A stretch of 64,000 nt of DNA from an uncultured virus (IMG/VR IMGVR_UViG_3300030372_004205) (IMGVR_UViG_3300030372_004205:1-64000); one strand, 5' to 3'. Counted from the first letter of the stretch, positions 32,177 to 40,869 are shown. The notes: a model not told the origin generated them from the sequence alone. Translations and numbers: made by a program.

Positions 32177-33728
32177 TTTCTACTCTTACATTTGATATTA
32201 CACAATCTGCTGACATTACGGTTAAAGCTACACTTACAGCATTCTTAAGTGCGGATTTGGTTACAAGTACTGGATCCATAATTCCACTATCAATCATCTT
32301 CACAAAACTACCATTAATTACATTGCAACCATAACCCTCTTTCATACCAGTATTAAGTTTTAATCCAGCGTTATCCATTATGGCTTCAAATGGTGAAGAC
32401 AGTGCTTTTAATAATACTTGCCCAGCTTCGTCTGTTTTTATTATTTGACCAGCATTCAGCAGTGCTACTCCTCCACCTGGAACAATACCCTCTTGTAATG
32501 CTGCTTTTGTAGCATATATAGCATCTTCAACTCTATCTTTCTTTTCTTTTAATTCAACTTTCGAACTAGCACCAACTCTTATTATTCCAACACTACCAGA
32601 TAACATAGCTAATCTCTGCTCCAACTTTTCTACAAGAAATTGATTCTTCTCTTTAGCTATCATTTTGTTAACGTCGTCTATTCTATTTTCAATCTCATCA
32701 TTCATTCCTTCTAATGTTAATACAGTATTTTTATCATTAGTTATAGCAAAATCAGCTTCACCCAAGTGTTCTGGTTTCATAAGATCTAAATCATCACCAA
32801 GTTCCTCATTGAGCACTGTAGCTCCAGTTAATACGGCTAAATCTTCAATAGCATCTCTTCTAGTAGGTCCAAACCCAGGTGGATCTATTATGTTAACCTT
32901 TATATTACCTTTAACTTTATTCATCATTAAAGCCGCTTTTACTTGTTGTGCCACTGGTGCTACTATTAATAATGATTTATTATTTTTAATTACATGCTCT
33001 AATATAGATTGTATCTTTCTAACATTAGGTATCTCTGATTGCACAATTAATACTAGTGGATTATCTAGTTCGCATATATGTTTATCTTTATTAGTAACAA
33101 AGTGAGGTGATGTTAAGCCGCAATCAAACTGAACACCATCAACAGTTTCAATGGTTGTTTCATCTGTTTCGCTCTCCTCCATAAGTACCACTCCATTTTT
33201 ACCAACCTTATTGTAAGCTTCAGCTATTATATCACCTAACTCCTTATCATTATTACAAGATATCGAGCTAACTGATCTAAGCATATCACCTTCAACATCT
33301 ATAGCTATATTGTTTAAATAGCTAATGACACTATCTAGTGTTTCATTTACTCCATCTTTAATTTCTCTGATTGTAAGACCATCTGCGATTGCAGCGTCTA
33401 TTTGTTTGATTAATGCTTCAGCTAGAACTGTAGCAGTTGTTGTACCATCACCAGCCTCTCGAACTGTGTTTTTAGCAGCTTCTTTAATTAGGGTTGCTCC
33501 CATGTTTTCAACCGGATCATATAAGACTACGCTTTCCGCAACGGTTACTCCATCTTTTGTTATGACCGGTTTGCCCCTCCCATCCTCGTAGACTACGCAC
33601 CTTCCTGATGCACCTAAAGTGGATTTAACGGCTCGGGCTAATTTATTAACTCCTGATATTATTTTATCTTTGGCTTCACCTCCAAACGCGAGGTTCTTCA
33701 CCAATTCACTTGGTAAGTTGTATTCCAT
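32163..33728 (-). CDS. groEL: Chaperonin GroEL
   Basis: [31 protein letters not shown]. Confidence 0.95.
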   Translation of the reverse strand: MEYNLPSELVKNLAFGGEAKDKIISGVNKLARAVKSTLGASGRCVVYEDGRGKPVITKDGVTVAESVVLYDPVENMGATLIKEAAKNTVREAGDGTTTATVLAEALIKQIDAAIADGLTIREIKDGVNETLDSVISYLNNIAIDVEGDMLRSVSSISCNNDKELGDIIAEAYNKVGKNGVVLMEESETDETTIETVDGVQFDCGLTSPHFVTNKDKHICELDNPLVLIVQSEIPNVRKIQSILEHVIKNNKSLLIVAPVAQQVKAALMMNKVKGNIKVNIIDPPGFGPTRRDAIEDLAVLTGATVLNEELGDDLDLMKPEHLGEADFAITNDKNTVLTLEGMNDEIENRIDDVNKMIAKEKNQFLVEKLEQRLAMLSGSVGIIRVGASSKVELKEKKDRVEDAIYATKAALQEGIVPGGGVALLNAGQIIKTDEAGQVLLKALSSPFEAIMDNAGLKLNTGMKEGYGCNVINGSFVKMIDSGIMDPVLVTKSALKNAVSVALTVMSADCVISNVRVENASN

Positions 33729-33764
33729 ATTATATTAAATTAAATTATTGTTTTGGTTTGTAGT

Positions 33765-34172
33765 TTACAAGCTATATAAAATATCTTCTGTGTTTTTTAT
33801 ATCTTGTTTTATTTTATTTGCTTGAGTAGAGTTCCATTGAGTGTTTCTTAGATTTTTTTTCAAATCTCTTATTTTCATCAACAACTCTTGCTTTTGGGTT
33901 CTTATGTTTCTTATGTTCTCCTCTGGCGTAGCTTCTTCAGTATATGGATTAAGATACTTAGCTATCAACTCGTGTTGACTTCCTCCCTTTCTCCATCTAG
34001 CTTGATCTGCTCTTCTTATTACATCAAGATCGTTACTAGAAACTTTACCATCTTTATTAAAATCAAACTCAAGTTTAATTTTGTTCTTCTTATTTTTACG
34101 GGAATCAGTGGAGCATTGTCCACCTGCGCAATCACTTTTAAGTGGGGAGAACCCCTTCATTGTAAAACCCAT
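33765..34172 (-). CDS. Small late protein with KGFSP tag and EF-hand-like loop
   Basis: MGFTMKGFSPLK; DFNKDGKVSSND. Confidence 0.7.
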   Translation of the reverse strand: MGFTMKGFSPLKSDCAGGQCSTDSRKNKKNKIKLEFDFNKDGKVSSNDLDVIRRADQARWRKGGSQHELIAKYLNPYTEEATPEENIRNIRTQKQELLMKIRDLKKNLRNTQWNSTQANKIKQDIKNTEDILYSL

Positions 34173-34194
34173 AATTTATTATTACTTATTATTA

Positions 34195-34554
34195 TTATAT
34201 TCTACCTTTTCTATTGTATTTTTTTATAGTTGCCTCATCCCAATTTGCTCTACTATGAATTTGTTTAGTATTAGCAGCGGAATTACTCTTCTTTAGATTT
34301 CTAACACCAACTCCTCCAAATAATCTCATATCAGCAATACCTGGTTTATATGTTGCTCCATCTCTTTTACCTCCAAATAATTTTGCCCAAAGACCTTTAC
34401 CGCTTTCTATCTTTTTTCTAAACTTACTTTTCTGGCCTTCTGATTGTTCTTCGATCCTACGAGTTACATTGTATTCGTTCTTAGGTATTTTATAAACCCT
34501 ATTTTGATTATTAAATAATGTAAACGGGGAAAACCCTTTCATTTTAAATGCCAT
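34195..34554 (-). CDS. Small basic late protein with KGFSP tag
   Basis: Start reassigned to ATG 34554 (MAFKMKGFSPFT), which removes the overlap with the upstream gene. Confidence 0.7.
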   Translation of the reverse strand: MAFKMKGFSPFTLFNNQNRVYKIPKNEYNVTRRIEEQSEGQKSKFRKKIESGKGLWAKLFGGKRDGATYKPGIADMRLFGGVGVRNLKKSNSAANTKQIHSRANWDEATIKKYNRKGRI

Positions 34555-34556
34555 AA

Positions 34557-34910
34557 TTATTCGTTTTCTGCTTGAATAGCTGATTGTTCCCATGGGTGAT
34601 CTGGATGACCCTCAGGTAATCTACCCGCTGGTCCATCAATTACAGCCTCACCATCTATAGTTCTTCTAAAATATACATTACCTTCCCAAGCAACCCAATT
34701 TTCACCATAAGCAGCTTTGCCAGACTCCATATCTTTCATGTGCTGCATTTCATGCTTTATAGCTCTATTATATACTTCACTTCCTTCTGGTATATTAGAA
34801 TCAACAACTATGGTACCGTCATTGTTGGCTTCAGCCACAACACCTTTTCTTAGGTTACCTTTTAATATAGGTGTACCATAGTTTCTTTTCTCATTACCTA
34901 ACTTAAACAT
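34557..34910 (-). CDS. Small zincin-like metallopeptidase
   Basis: AEANNDGTIVV...AIKHEMQH...PWEQSA (HExxH plus downstream Glu). Confidence 0.65.
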   Translation of the reverse strand: MFKLGNEKRNYGTPILKGNLRKGVVAEANNDGTIVVDSNIPEGSEVYNRAIKHEMQHMKDMESGKAAYGENWVAWEGNVYFRRTIDGEAVIDGPAGRLPEGHPDHPWEQSAIQAENE

Positions 34911-35233
34911 TACGCTTTTCTTTTAGCAAATCTTTCTGCGTCAGCAAAAGCTTTTTTTACTACACGTGTATTTTTAGCTTCAGCAATATCTGACGCTGTT
35001 AACTGCACACTACCAACTGCTCCACCCATAATTTTTGAATGAGCTATTTTCATTGCCTCTGCTATTAAAGTGTCCTTAGCATGTCTAGCAGCTCTTGCTT
35101 GAGGAGAGTATTCACCCTTAGAACTTGTTTGAAAAGGTGATTCAATTTTTTGTGCAGGATTTCTATATCTAGTTTTCAAACCCTTTCTATAGTCTTCCCT
35201 ACCTTTGTATTTGTGTTTTAAAGGTGTACTCAT
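34910..35233 (-). CDS. Small basic late protein (TPLK/SPF motifs)
   Basis: 107 aa ORF in a tight operon. Confidence 0.7.
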   Translation of the reverse strand: MSTPLKHKYKGREDYRKGLKTRYRNPAQKIESPFQTSSKGEYSPQARAARHAKDTLIAEAMKIAHSKIMGGAVGSVQLTASDIAEAKNTRVVKKAFADAERFAKRKA

Positions 35234-35234
35234 G

Positions 35235-35579
35235 TTACTTTCTTTTATATGTTGATCTTAATTTATTTAAATCATCTTGGTATTTGTTCCATTCTACATC
35301 ACTCCCACCAGACGAACTACCGTGTTTATCACTATATGCTTTTTGTAAAACGTTGATTTCTCTGTCAACAGCATCATTAGATTTAGAATCACGATCAATT
35401 ACAGTTTTTGTTGGAGTATTATTTGCAAGTGGTGGTTTAGTTGGCTTGCTGCCTTTTCCACTTGATTTAACTTTTGATCCACTTGATTTAACTTTTGATC
35501 CTAATTCTTTACCTTTTTCTTCTAAACCATCAACTAGTTTGTATGGTGAATGACCAAAGAAGTTTCTATTTTTACTCAT
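35235..35579 (-). CDS. Small basic late protein (SPYK; partial paralog of 35914..36798)
   Basis: GSKVKSS tandem repeat; SGKG.SKPTKP-type segment shared with 35914..36798. Confidence 0.7.
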   Translation of the reverse strand: MSKNRNFFGHSPYKLVDGLEEKGKELGSKVKSSGSKVKSSGKGSKPTKPPLANNTPTKTVIDRDSKSNDAVDREINVLQKAYSDKHGSSSGGSDVEWNKYQDDLNKLRSTYKRK

Positions 35580-35587
35580 AGTAATTT

Positions 35588-35881
35588 TTATTTAAATGTT
35601 TTGACCACTTTCGGTCCTTTAGTGTACTCTAGTTTTTTACTGAAATGCTCAACACTCTTTTCAACAGCCTGTTCAGCACCTTCCAGCGTTTCTCTTCTGG
35701 TTATATCAACCCAAGCATCATCCTCATTAGGTTTGTTAACCTCTGTTTGGTAATACCCGTTTGGTAGTTGAGTTATTCTCCAGTTTTTCTTTTCGGCTAA
35801 ATGTTTCCATTCATCCATTTGTCTTTCTGTAATTTTTGGTTCAGTAGTATATGCACTACTTTTATAGTATATGTATGTCAT
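35588..35881 (-). CDS. Hypothetical protein (WRITQLPNGYYQTE...TRRETLEGAE)
   Basis: 97 aa ORF. Confidence 0.7.
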   Translation of the reverse strand: MTYIYYKSSAYTTEPKITERQMDEWKHLAEKKNWRITQLPNGYYQTEVNKPNEDDAWVDITRRETLEGAEQAVEKSVEHFSKKLEYTKGPKVVKTFK

Positions 35882-35913
35882 ATCGGTTTATTTTAATTGG
35901 TTATTTTTTAGTT

Positions 35914-36798
35914 TTATACTTTACCGGGAACTGAATAAGCATTAAAGCCTTCAGGATCACCCGCTATTGTTTGAGATTTAGGTCCAGTGTTTGCAATTTG
36001 GTCTTTTAATACTGCTGAGGCTGCAGATTTGGTTCCTTTCTTTAATACCGCCTCTACTCCCTCTTCAGCTGTGCCTTTTACTATACCACTTAGGTTTTTA
36101 CCACCTGGTATGCCAGCAAAAACAGCACTAGTTGTTCCTTGTAAAAATTCTTGTTTTGCTGTATCCCAATCACCCTTAAATCCAGCCCTAACAGCATCGC
36201 TATAATCTATACCAGCGCTAACTACACCAGCTACTTTCCCAATAGGTCCAGGTACTACTGATGCGGTATCAGCATATTTTTGAATTTTATCCTTATTACC
36301 ATCCCACCAACTCTTATCTTCTACAGCTTTTGTTATATTTTCTGTATTTTGTGGAGTTTTTGAAGATTTTATGGATTTTTCGTTAAAAATTTCCTTATCT
36401 ACGTTTAAATGTTTTTCAGCGTAGTTGTCAACTATAGAAGAAGCTTCTTGTTTTGAAGGAGTTTTAGTCGTTTTCGTAGTTTTTGTCTCCTTCGTGGGTT
36501 TCGTCTCCTTTGTTGTAGTTGTTTTTTTAGTGTCTGTTGACTTAGGTTTTGTTGTTTTTTTAGTTGTCGTGGTTTTTTTAGAAGAACTAGTAGGCTTTGT
36601 GGGCTTACTTGGTCCTTTACCACTCTTTTTTAGGTCAATTTTAGGGCCTTTACCACTTCCACCTTTACCTTCAAAGACGCCAGACAGCTTATCTTTAACA
36701 CCTTCAACAGCTTCTGTAGCATCTTTTAGTGGAGAAGGTCCATTTATATAAGATGTACCGCTATTAAAAGGAGTAAATCCTTTCATTTTATAGCCCAT
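35914..36798 (-). CDS. Lys/Thr-rich late protein with KGFTP tag
   Basis: MGYKMKGFTPF...SPLK; K/T low-complexity linker; C-terminal VVPGPIG...AGIPGG helical hairpin. Confidence 0.7.
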   Translation of the reverse strand: MGYKMKGFTPFNSGTSYINGPSPLKDATEAVEGVKDKLSGVFEGKGGSGKGPKIDLKKSGKGPSKPTKPTSSSKKTTTTKKTTKPKSTDTKKTTTTKETKPTKETKTTKTTKTPSKQEASSIVDNYAEKHLNVDKEIFNEKSIKSSKTPQNTENITKAVEDKSWWDGNKDKIQKYADTASVVPGPIGKVAGVVSAGIDYSDAVRAGFKGDWDTAKQEFLQGTTSAVFAGIPGGKNLSGIVKGTAEEGVEAVLKKGTKSAASAVLKDQIANTGPKSQTIAGDPEGFNAYSVPGKV

Positions 36799-36816
36799 TT
36801 GTTAAACTTTTAATTA

Positions 36817-37320
36817 TTATTTATGAAACAGCCAGTATTCTAAAACAGGAGTACCAGCACTAGACTCAACAAATATATCACCCGTGTAGTCCCAAGGGAA
36901 AAAAGCGAATTCTCCAGCATTTAGAGTAAAAGTTCTTAAAGTAGCATTAGTTGTTTCATCTAAAGCTGTGGTACCACTAGCAGCTGGATGAGTGGGTGTA
37001 TCACTACCACCACCAGCAACTATACCAACAAGTATTTTGTCTGTACCAGAGGTGGCTGTATGCTTCATGTAGACATAACATCCCACAGATCCTGCTACGT
37101 AAGTTGAACCACCAGTTTGATCTGCCATTGTAGCACTACCATCTATTAACTCATGCAGAGTTGTTGAACATGTGTATGTTGCCGCATCTACTCTAGCCGC
37201 GGTAAGCGTGTCCGAGTTAGGCTTTGTTGATAGTGATAAGGCTATATCTAGAGGTCCTGGTGTAGCTGTAGCTGAATCAGAGTTACTAGAAATCGTAAGT
37301 GTAGGTTTTATTTTTCCCAT
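36817..37320 (-). CDS. Putative virion decoration protein, paralog 2
   Basis: MGKIKPT...PGPL...AGEFAFFPWD. Confidence 0.6.
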   Translation of the reverse strand: MGKIKPTLTISSNSDSATATPGPLDIALSLSTKPNSDTLTAARVDAATYTCSTTLHELIDGSATMADQTGGSTYVAGSVGCYVYMKHTATSGTDKILVGIVAGGGSDTPTHPAASGTTALDETTNATLRTFTLNAGEFAFFPWDYTGDIFVESSAGTPVLEYWLFHK

Positions 37321-37331
37321 ATCTTAATATT

Positions 37332-37772
37332 TTATTGAGTTCTTGTAAATACCCATGATTCAAGACCATCTGTTGCTGTTGATGTAATTGAATCCACTAT
37401 TATATCTGCTGTAAAATCCCATGGAAACCATCCAAATTCACCTGGTTTCAATGTCATTAATCTTAAAGCTGTGTCGTCAGCTTGAAGAGCACCGGTTGAT
37501 CCAAATCCTATAGCTACATTAACTGATGCGTGTAGATTTTTAACGTACACAAAACCACCATCCGTACCAGCTGTCTCTGTTCCATCAGAGAATGCTGTGT
37601 GATCCCATAAAACTGCATGGGTTGTGGTTGGTGATACTATCTTAGTCTGTACAGCTGTAACATCTAAAGAATCAGTTGCACTCAACGTTAACGCTACAGT
37701 TAGTGGTCCAGGATCTGTTGTCGCTGAAGACGCATTAGCTGTTAAATTAAATGTTGGTTTTATTTTTCCCAT
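37332..37772 (-). CDS. Putative virion decoration protein, paralog 1
   Basis: MGKIKPT...PGPL...PGEFGWFPWD. Confidence 0.6.
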   Translation of the reverse strand: MGKIKPTFNLTANASSATTDPGPLTVALTLSATDSLDVTAVQTKIVSPTTTHAVLWDHTAFSDGTETAGTDGGFVYVKNLHASVNVAIGFGSTGALQADDTALRLMTLKPGEFGWFPWDFTADIIVDSITSTATDGLESWVFTRTQ

Positions 37773-37794
37773 TATACTGTATATTTAAATATTA

Positions 37795-38361
37795 TTACCC
37801 TTTTTTTCCAAATAACTCACTAATACTAAACGCATGTAAACTCTTTAGATCACCCGTTTCAGTATCCATATGTTGCTTAGCTCTTGTTACGGTACCTCTT
37901 CCCATTTTCTCAGGACCTTTATCCATGAATTTTTCAGAGAATGACATTTTTTTTGTATCGAATGCATCTTTACCTTGAGAATAATCTCTAGGCTTTGATC
38001 TAATAACAGGCTTAGCTTTTACAGGAGCCGCCTTCTTTGGTGCTTCCTTTTTGTTTTTAGCGTTATAAGCCTCCATTTCTTTCTTCCACTTATCGTATGC
38101 TACAGTATAGTCTTTTGGATTTTTATAATCTTCTTTCTTTGGCTCTTTTGGTGCAGGTTCTTCTCCACCTCCTTTTCCATACTTTTCTGTCCAAGCTTTG
38201 TGCTCTTGCTCCCATAGCGCTACTGCTTTATCGTAATCCGCTTGAGTTTTGTATTTTGTTTTATCCATTTTAGGTTTTACTGGCTCTGGTGGAGTTTTTT
38301 CTCCGCCTGCCTTTTGCTTATTCTTAAGAGCTTCGCTTAATTTTTTGTTCAAATCTGACAT
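37795..38361 (-). CDS. Lys-rich protein with two internal repeats; first gene of the minus arm
   Basis: Two GG(G)E..P..PK....YK...DY..A...W units. Confidence 0.7.
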   Translation of the reverse strand: MSDLNKKLSEALKNKQKAGGEKTPPEPVKPKMDKTKYKTQADYDKAVALWEQEHKAWTEKYGKGGGEEPAPKEPKKEDYKNPKDYTVAYDKWKKEMEAYNAKNKKEAPKKAAPVKAKPVIRSKPRDYSQGKDAFDTKKMSFSEKFMDKGPEKMGRGTVTRAKQHMDTETGDLKSLHAFSISELFGKKG

Positions 38362-38420
38362 AATGTGTTCTTTTAAATTTATTAATATTCGGCATTATGC
38401 CGTTTTATCTTACAATTAAG

Positions 38421-38448
38421 ATAATTACACGGAAGTGATGATATTTAC
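38421..38448 (-). promoter_or_regulatory. Putative late promoter GTAAAT-N13-TGTAATTAT heading the structural arm
   Basis: Both boxes identical to the copy at 47474..47501. Confidence 0.6.
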
Positions 38449-38449
38449 T

Positions 38450-38494
38450 ATGACACTAGGGGTCTACTTATATACTTATATAGGCATATGTCAC
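38450..38494. repeat. Imperfect palindrome A (GTGACA-NNN-GCC half-site family)
   Basis: TGACA...TAGGCATATGTCAC; related to 39264 and 45931. Confidence 0.6.
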
Positions 38495-38520
38495 CGTATT
38501 GTAAATATAGGGATAAAGTG

Positions 38521-38725
38521 TTGCCCCTCTTCTCCCACCCCCGGCCCCCTCCTACGAAAACCCATTTGCTAAACCCAGCCCCCCTTTTCCTTTCTTCATT
38601 CCGCTTCTACCTTTCAGCCCCCTTCTATTCCTTCCGTCCCTCCATCCTTCTCCTTCTCTCCATCCCCTTCCTCCATTTATATTTCAGCCATTTACCCTTC
38701 CACTCATCCATTCACACCATTTAAC
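38521..38725. other. Polypyrimidine (C/T) tract with G-quadruplex motif on the minus strand
   Basis: Few G on the plus strand; C runs at 38524-27, 38534-36, 38538-42 and 38545-49. Confidence 0.75.
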
Positions 38726-38820
38726 TACTATCCATATTGTTACCATTATTATAAATTCCATATTCATTTTATTTAATTATATTATCTATATATATTCGTA
38801 TCTATATTGCAATTCACTTC

Positions 38821-38854
38821 ACAATTTAATTACGATAATACTTTGATAGTATAA
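38821..38854 (+). promoter_or_regulatory. Early promoter motif copy 1
   Basis: ACAATTTAATTACGA-N9-GATAGTATAA. Confidence 0.65.
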
Positions 38855-38959
38855 TTGAAATTAATAATTAATAACTATATAAAATATACTAATATGTTTT
38901 CAATATTTATAACAATAAAAATAATCGATTTAATATTTGCTAATTATTTCGAAAGTATT

Positions 38960-38993
38960 ACAGAGTAAATACGAACTACAATAGATAATAATA
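38960..38993 (+). promoter_or_regulatory. Early promoter motif copy 2
   Basis: ACAGAGTAAATACGA-N9-GATAATAATA. Confidence 0.7.
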
Positions 38994-39024
38994 ATATAAT
39001 AAATAACTAATAAAATATAATAAT

Positions 39025-39243
39025 ATGACTTTAAAAAGATTTGTAATAAGAAAATCCTTAATAGGTAAAAATGAAGTAATAACATTCACAAATAAGAAAG
39101 GTGAAGTAGTAAAGTATAATCACGACGATGTGTACAATAAATTTAAAGAAAGATTTGAAAGTATGAATTGCTTTGCTAAATACAAAAACTATACTAATAC
39201 TAATTGTATGCCAGCATTTTGCCGAGATATGAAGATATCTTAG
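39025..39243 (+). CDS. Early protein, paralog 1 (KRFVIRKSLIGKN...YNHD)
   Basis: Paralogous to 39659..39889; downstream of a promoter motif. Confidence 0.8.
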   Translation: MTLKRFVIRKSLIGKNEVITFTNKKGEVVKYNHDDVYNKFKERFESMNCFAKYKNYTNTNCMPAFCRDMKIS

Positions 39244-39263
39244 TAATTTGCTGAAATAGTAGT

Positions 39264-39312
39264 GTGACAATTGCCTATTACTAATACTTTAGTATTATAA
39301 CGCTAATGTCAC
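39264..39312. repeat. Imperfect palindrome B
   Basis: GTGACAATTGCC...GCTAATGTCAC. Confidence 0.65.
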
Positions 39313-39396
39313 TATATAAAATAACAATTGTGAGTAGAGAGAAGTGGCGGAATAGCAGTTGACTAATTTTATAACAAAAACAAAACTACTACTTTT

Positions 39397-39430
39397 ACAA
39401 ACTAAAAACGAATAAGTAAAGATAATATAA
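39397..39430 (+). promoter_or_regulatory. Early promoter motif copy 3
   Basis: ACAAACTAAAAACGA-N9-GATAATATAA. Confidence 0.7.
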
Positions 39431-39456
39431 ATATAAATAATGAAAGAGTGTAGAAC

Positions 39457-39585
39457 ATGAAGTATTTAAGTAAAAATAAAGAAGAAAGATTACAACAACT
39501 ATCACTAATAATTCACAATGCGAGAATTTATGGTGTTAAAGTAAAACAAGAATTACTCGATGAGTATAATAAATTAAATAAGTAA
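39457..39585 (+). CDS. Small early protein, 42 aa
   Basis: Hand-translated MKYLSKNKEERLQQ..., between two promoter motifs. Confidence 0.5.
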   Translation: MKYLSKNKEERLQQLSLIIHNARIYGVKVKQELLDEYNKLNK

Positions 39586-39598
39586 ATTGTGAGTCGTC

Positions 39599-39632
39599 AC
39601 AATATAAATACGAACAAGTGTAGATAATATAA
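39599..39632 (+). promoter_or_regulatory. Early promoter motif copy 4
   Basis: ACAATATAAATACGA-N9-GATAATATAA. Confidence 0.7.
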
Positions 39633-39658
39633 ATGTAAATAAACTAAAATATATAATT

Positions 39659-39889
39659 ATGGCGAATGTAATAAATTCAAAGAGATTTGTAGTAAGACAA
39701 TCTCTAGTCGGTAAAAATGCGACTATAAAAGTAGAGTTCAAAAATGGTAAAACTGCAACTTATAATCATGATAAAGTGTTTTCACTTATGAAAGATAAAC
39801 TAGAAGCAATGGCATGTTGGGCAAAATACAAGTCGTACACATCAAGTAACAATTTACCTTTATCGGTAAGAAATGAGAACATACAGTAA
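39659..39889 (+). CDS. Early protein, paralog 2 (KRFVVRQSLVGKN...YNHD)
   Basis: Paralogous to 39025..39243. Confidence 0.8.
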   Translation: MANVINSKRFVVRQSLVGKNATIKVEFKNGKTATYNHDKVFSLMKDKLEAMACWAKYKSYTSSNNLPLSVRNENIQ

Positions 39890-40077
39890 TGGTTCGGAGA
39901 AAGTTTAGCCACTTCGAAGTGTTTAAAGTTATACTAAATGCAGTATATATCGCAAGTGGCATTCTCATGTTCTCGATGTTTGTAAGTAATGCTGCAACTC
40001 ACTTTGGTGCGCATAAAGAACTTACTCCACAAGAATATGTTGAAGTAGATTGTTATAATTGCGACGAAATAGATTAA
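39889..40077 (+). CDS. Small membrane protein
   Basis: One transmembrane helix; C-terminal CYNCDEID. Confidence 0.6.
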   Translation: MVRRKFSHFEVFKVILNAVYIASGILMFSMFVSNAATHFGAHKELTPQEYVEVDCYNCDEID

Positions 40078-40172
40078 GTTATATAAAACTATTAACGAAG
40101 TGCTGAGTAATTAATAGTGACTTGAGACGTAGTTGACTACATTTAGCGTCTTATAAATAATGCGAATGAGTA

Positions 40173-40240
40173 AGTAGCGAAGGCGGCTGTAATCCTCTCC
40201 GAGTGATGATAATCAAGTGGTTCGAGTCCACAAGCTACTA
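40173..40240 (+). ncRNA. tRNA-like element 1 (acceptor plus T arm only)
   Basis: AGTAGC/GCTACT stem; GTGG-TTCGAGT-CCAC T arm; no canonical D or anticodon arm. Confidence 0.5.
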
Positions 40241-40243
40241 CAA

Positions 40244-40320
40244 GGTAATTATGGTAAAGCGATACTGATAGCGACCGAATGCGCAGAAAAGCTTAGTGAG
40301 TTCGATTCTCACTATTACCA
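40244..40320 (+). ncRNA. tRNA-like element 2 (acceptor plus T arm only)
   Basis: GGTAAT/ATTACC stem; GTGAG-TTCGATT-CTCAC T arm. Confidence 0.55.
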
Positions 40321-40322
40321 CT

Positions 40323-40571
40323 ATGAATATAGAAATAATAATGAGTAATACTTACGGAGTATTAACAAATAAGTGTACTATAGAAGACATTCTTGACCAA
40401 TATAAAGGTACTGATGCAATGTTCTATGGAAATCCATATGAGCCAACTGTTGAAGATATTTATGAAGTGATAGAATTCTTTGAAAACACTGAAGAGTATA
40501 ATAAATGTATGGAATTAGTATATGTACAAAATGACATACGAGTAAATAATTTGATAAAAGAATGTATATGA
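40323..40571 (+). CDS. Hypothetical early protein (UVR-like EEYNKC helix)
   Basis: Start moved to the ATG after the tRNA-like element. Confidence 0.65.
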   Translation: MNIEIIMSNTYGVLTNKCTIEDILDQYKGTDAMFYGNPYEPTVEDIYEVIEFFENTEEYNKCMELVYVQNDIRVNNLIKECI

Positions 40572-40840
40572 AAAGAAAGTTTTTAATTATCGGATTAGCA
40601 ATGGGTTCGCTCAGTTTCGCACAAAGTATTGATAATACTTGCACAGCGACGACAACTAAAGGTACAAACTGTAAAATTGTAGTGAAAGTTGGTAATCTAT
40701 GTCACCATCATGGTGGTGAAACTGTAGCGGATGTCACTGTGAAATCCACTCAATGTACAGCTAACAAGAAAAATACTGATGTTAGATGTAAAGTGAAGAC
40801 AAAACACGAAAGTGGAATATGTCATCACCACAGAAATTAA
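40568..40840 (+). CDS. Exported protein with two CxnCxnCxxH zinc-finger repeats (DUF5763-like)
   Basis: Signal peptide ...SLSFA|Q; CTATTTKGTNC...CHHH and a second similar unit. Confidence 0.7.
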   Translation: MKRKFLIIGLAMGSLSFAQSIDNTCTATTTKGTNCKIVVKVGNLCHHHGGETVADVTVKSTQCTANKKNTDVRCKVKTKHESGICHHHRN

Positions 40841-40869
40841 TAGAAGGTTTAACTTATAAAATTACAACT

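Noticed and set aside
38488..38724. 78 aa Pro/Ser/Phe-rich ORF
   Set aside because: A by-product of the polypyrimidine tract, which lacks stop codons.
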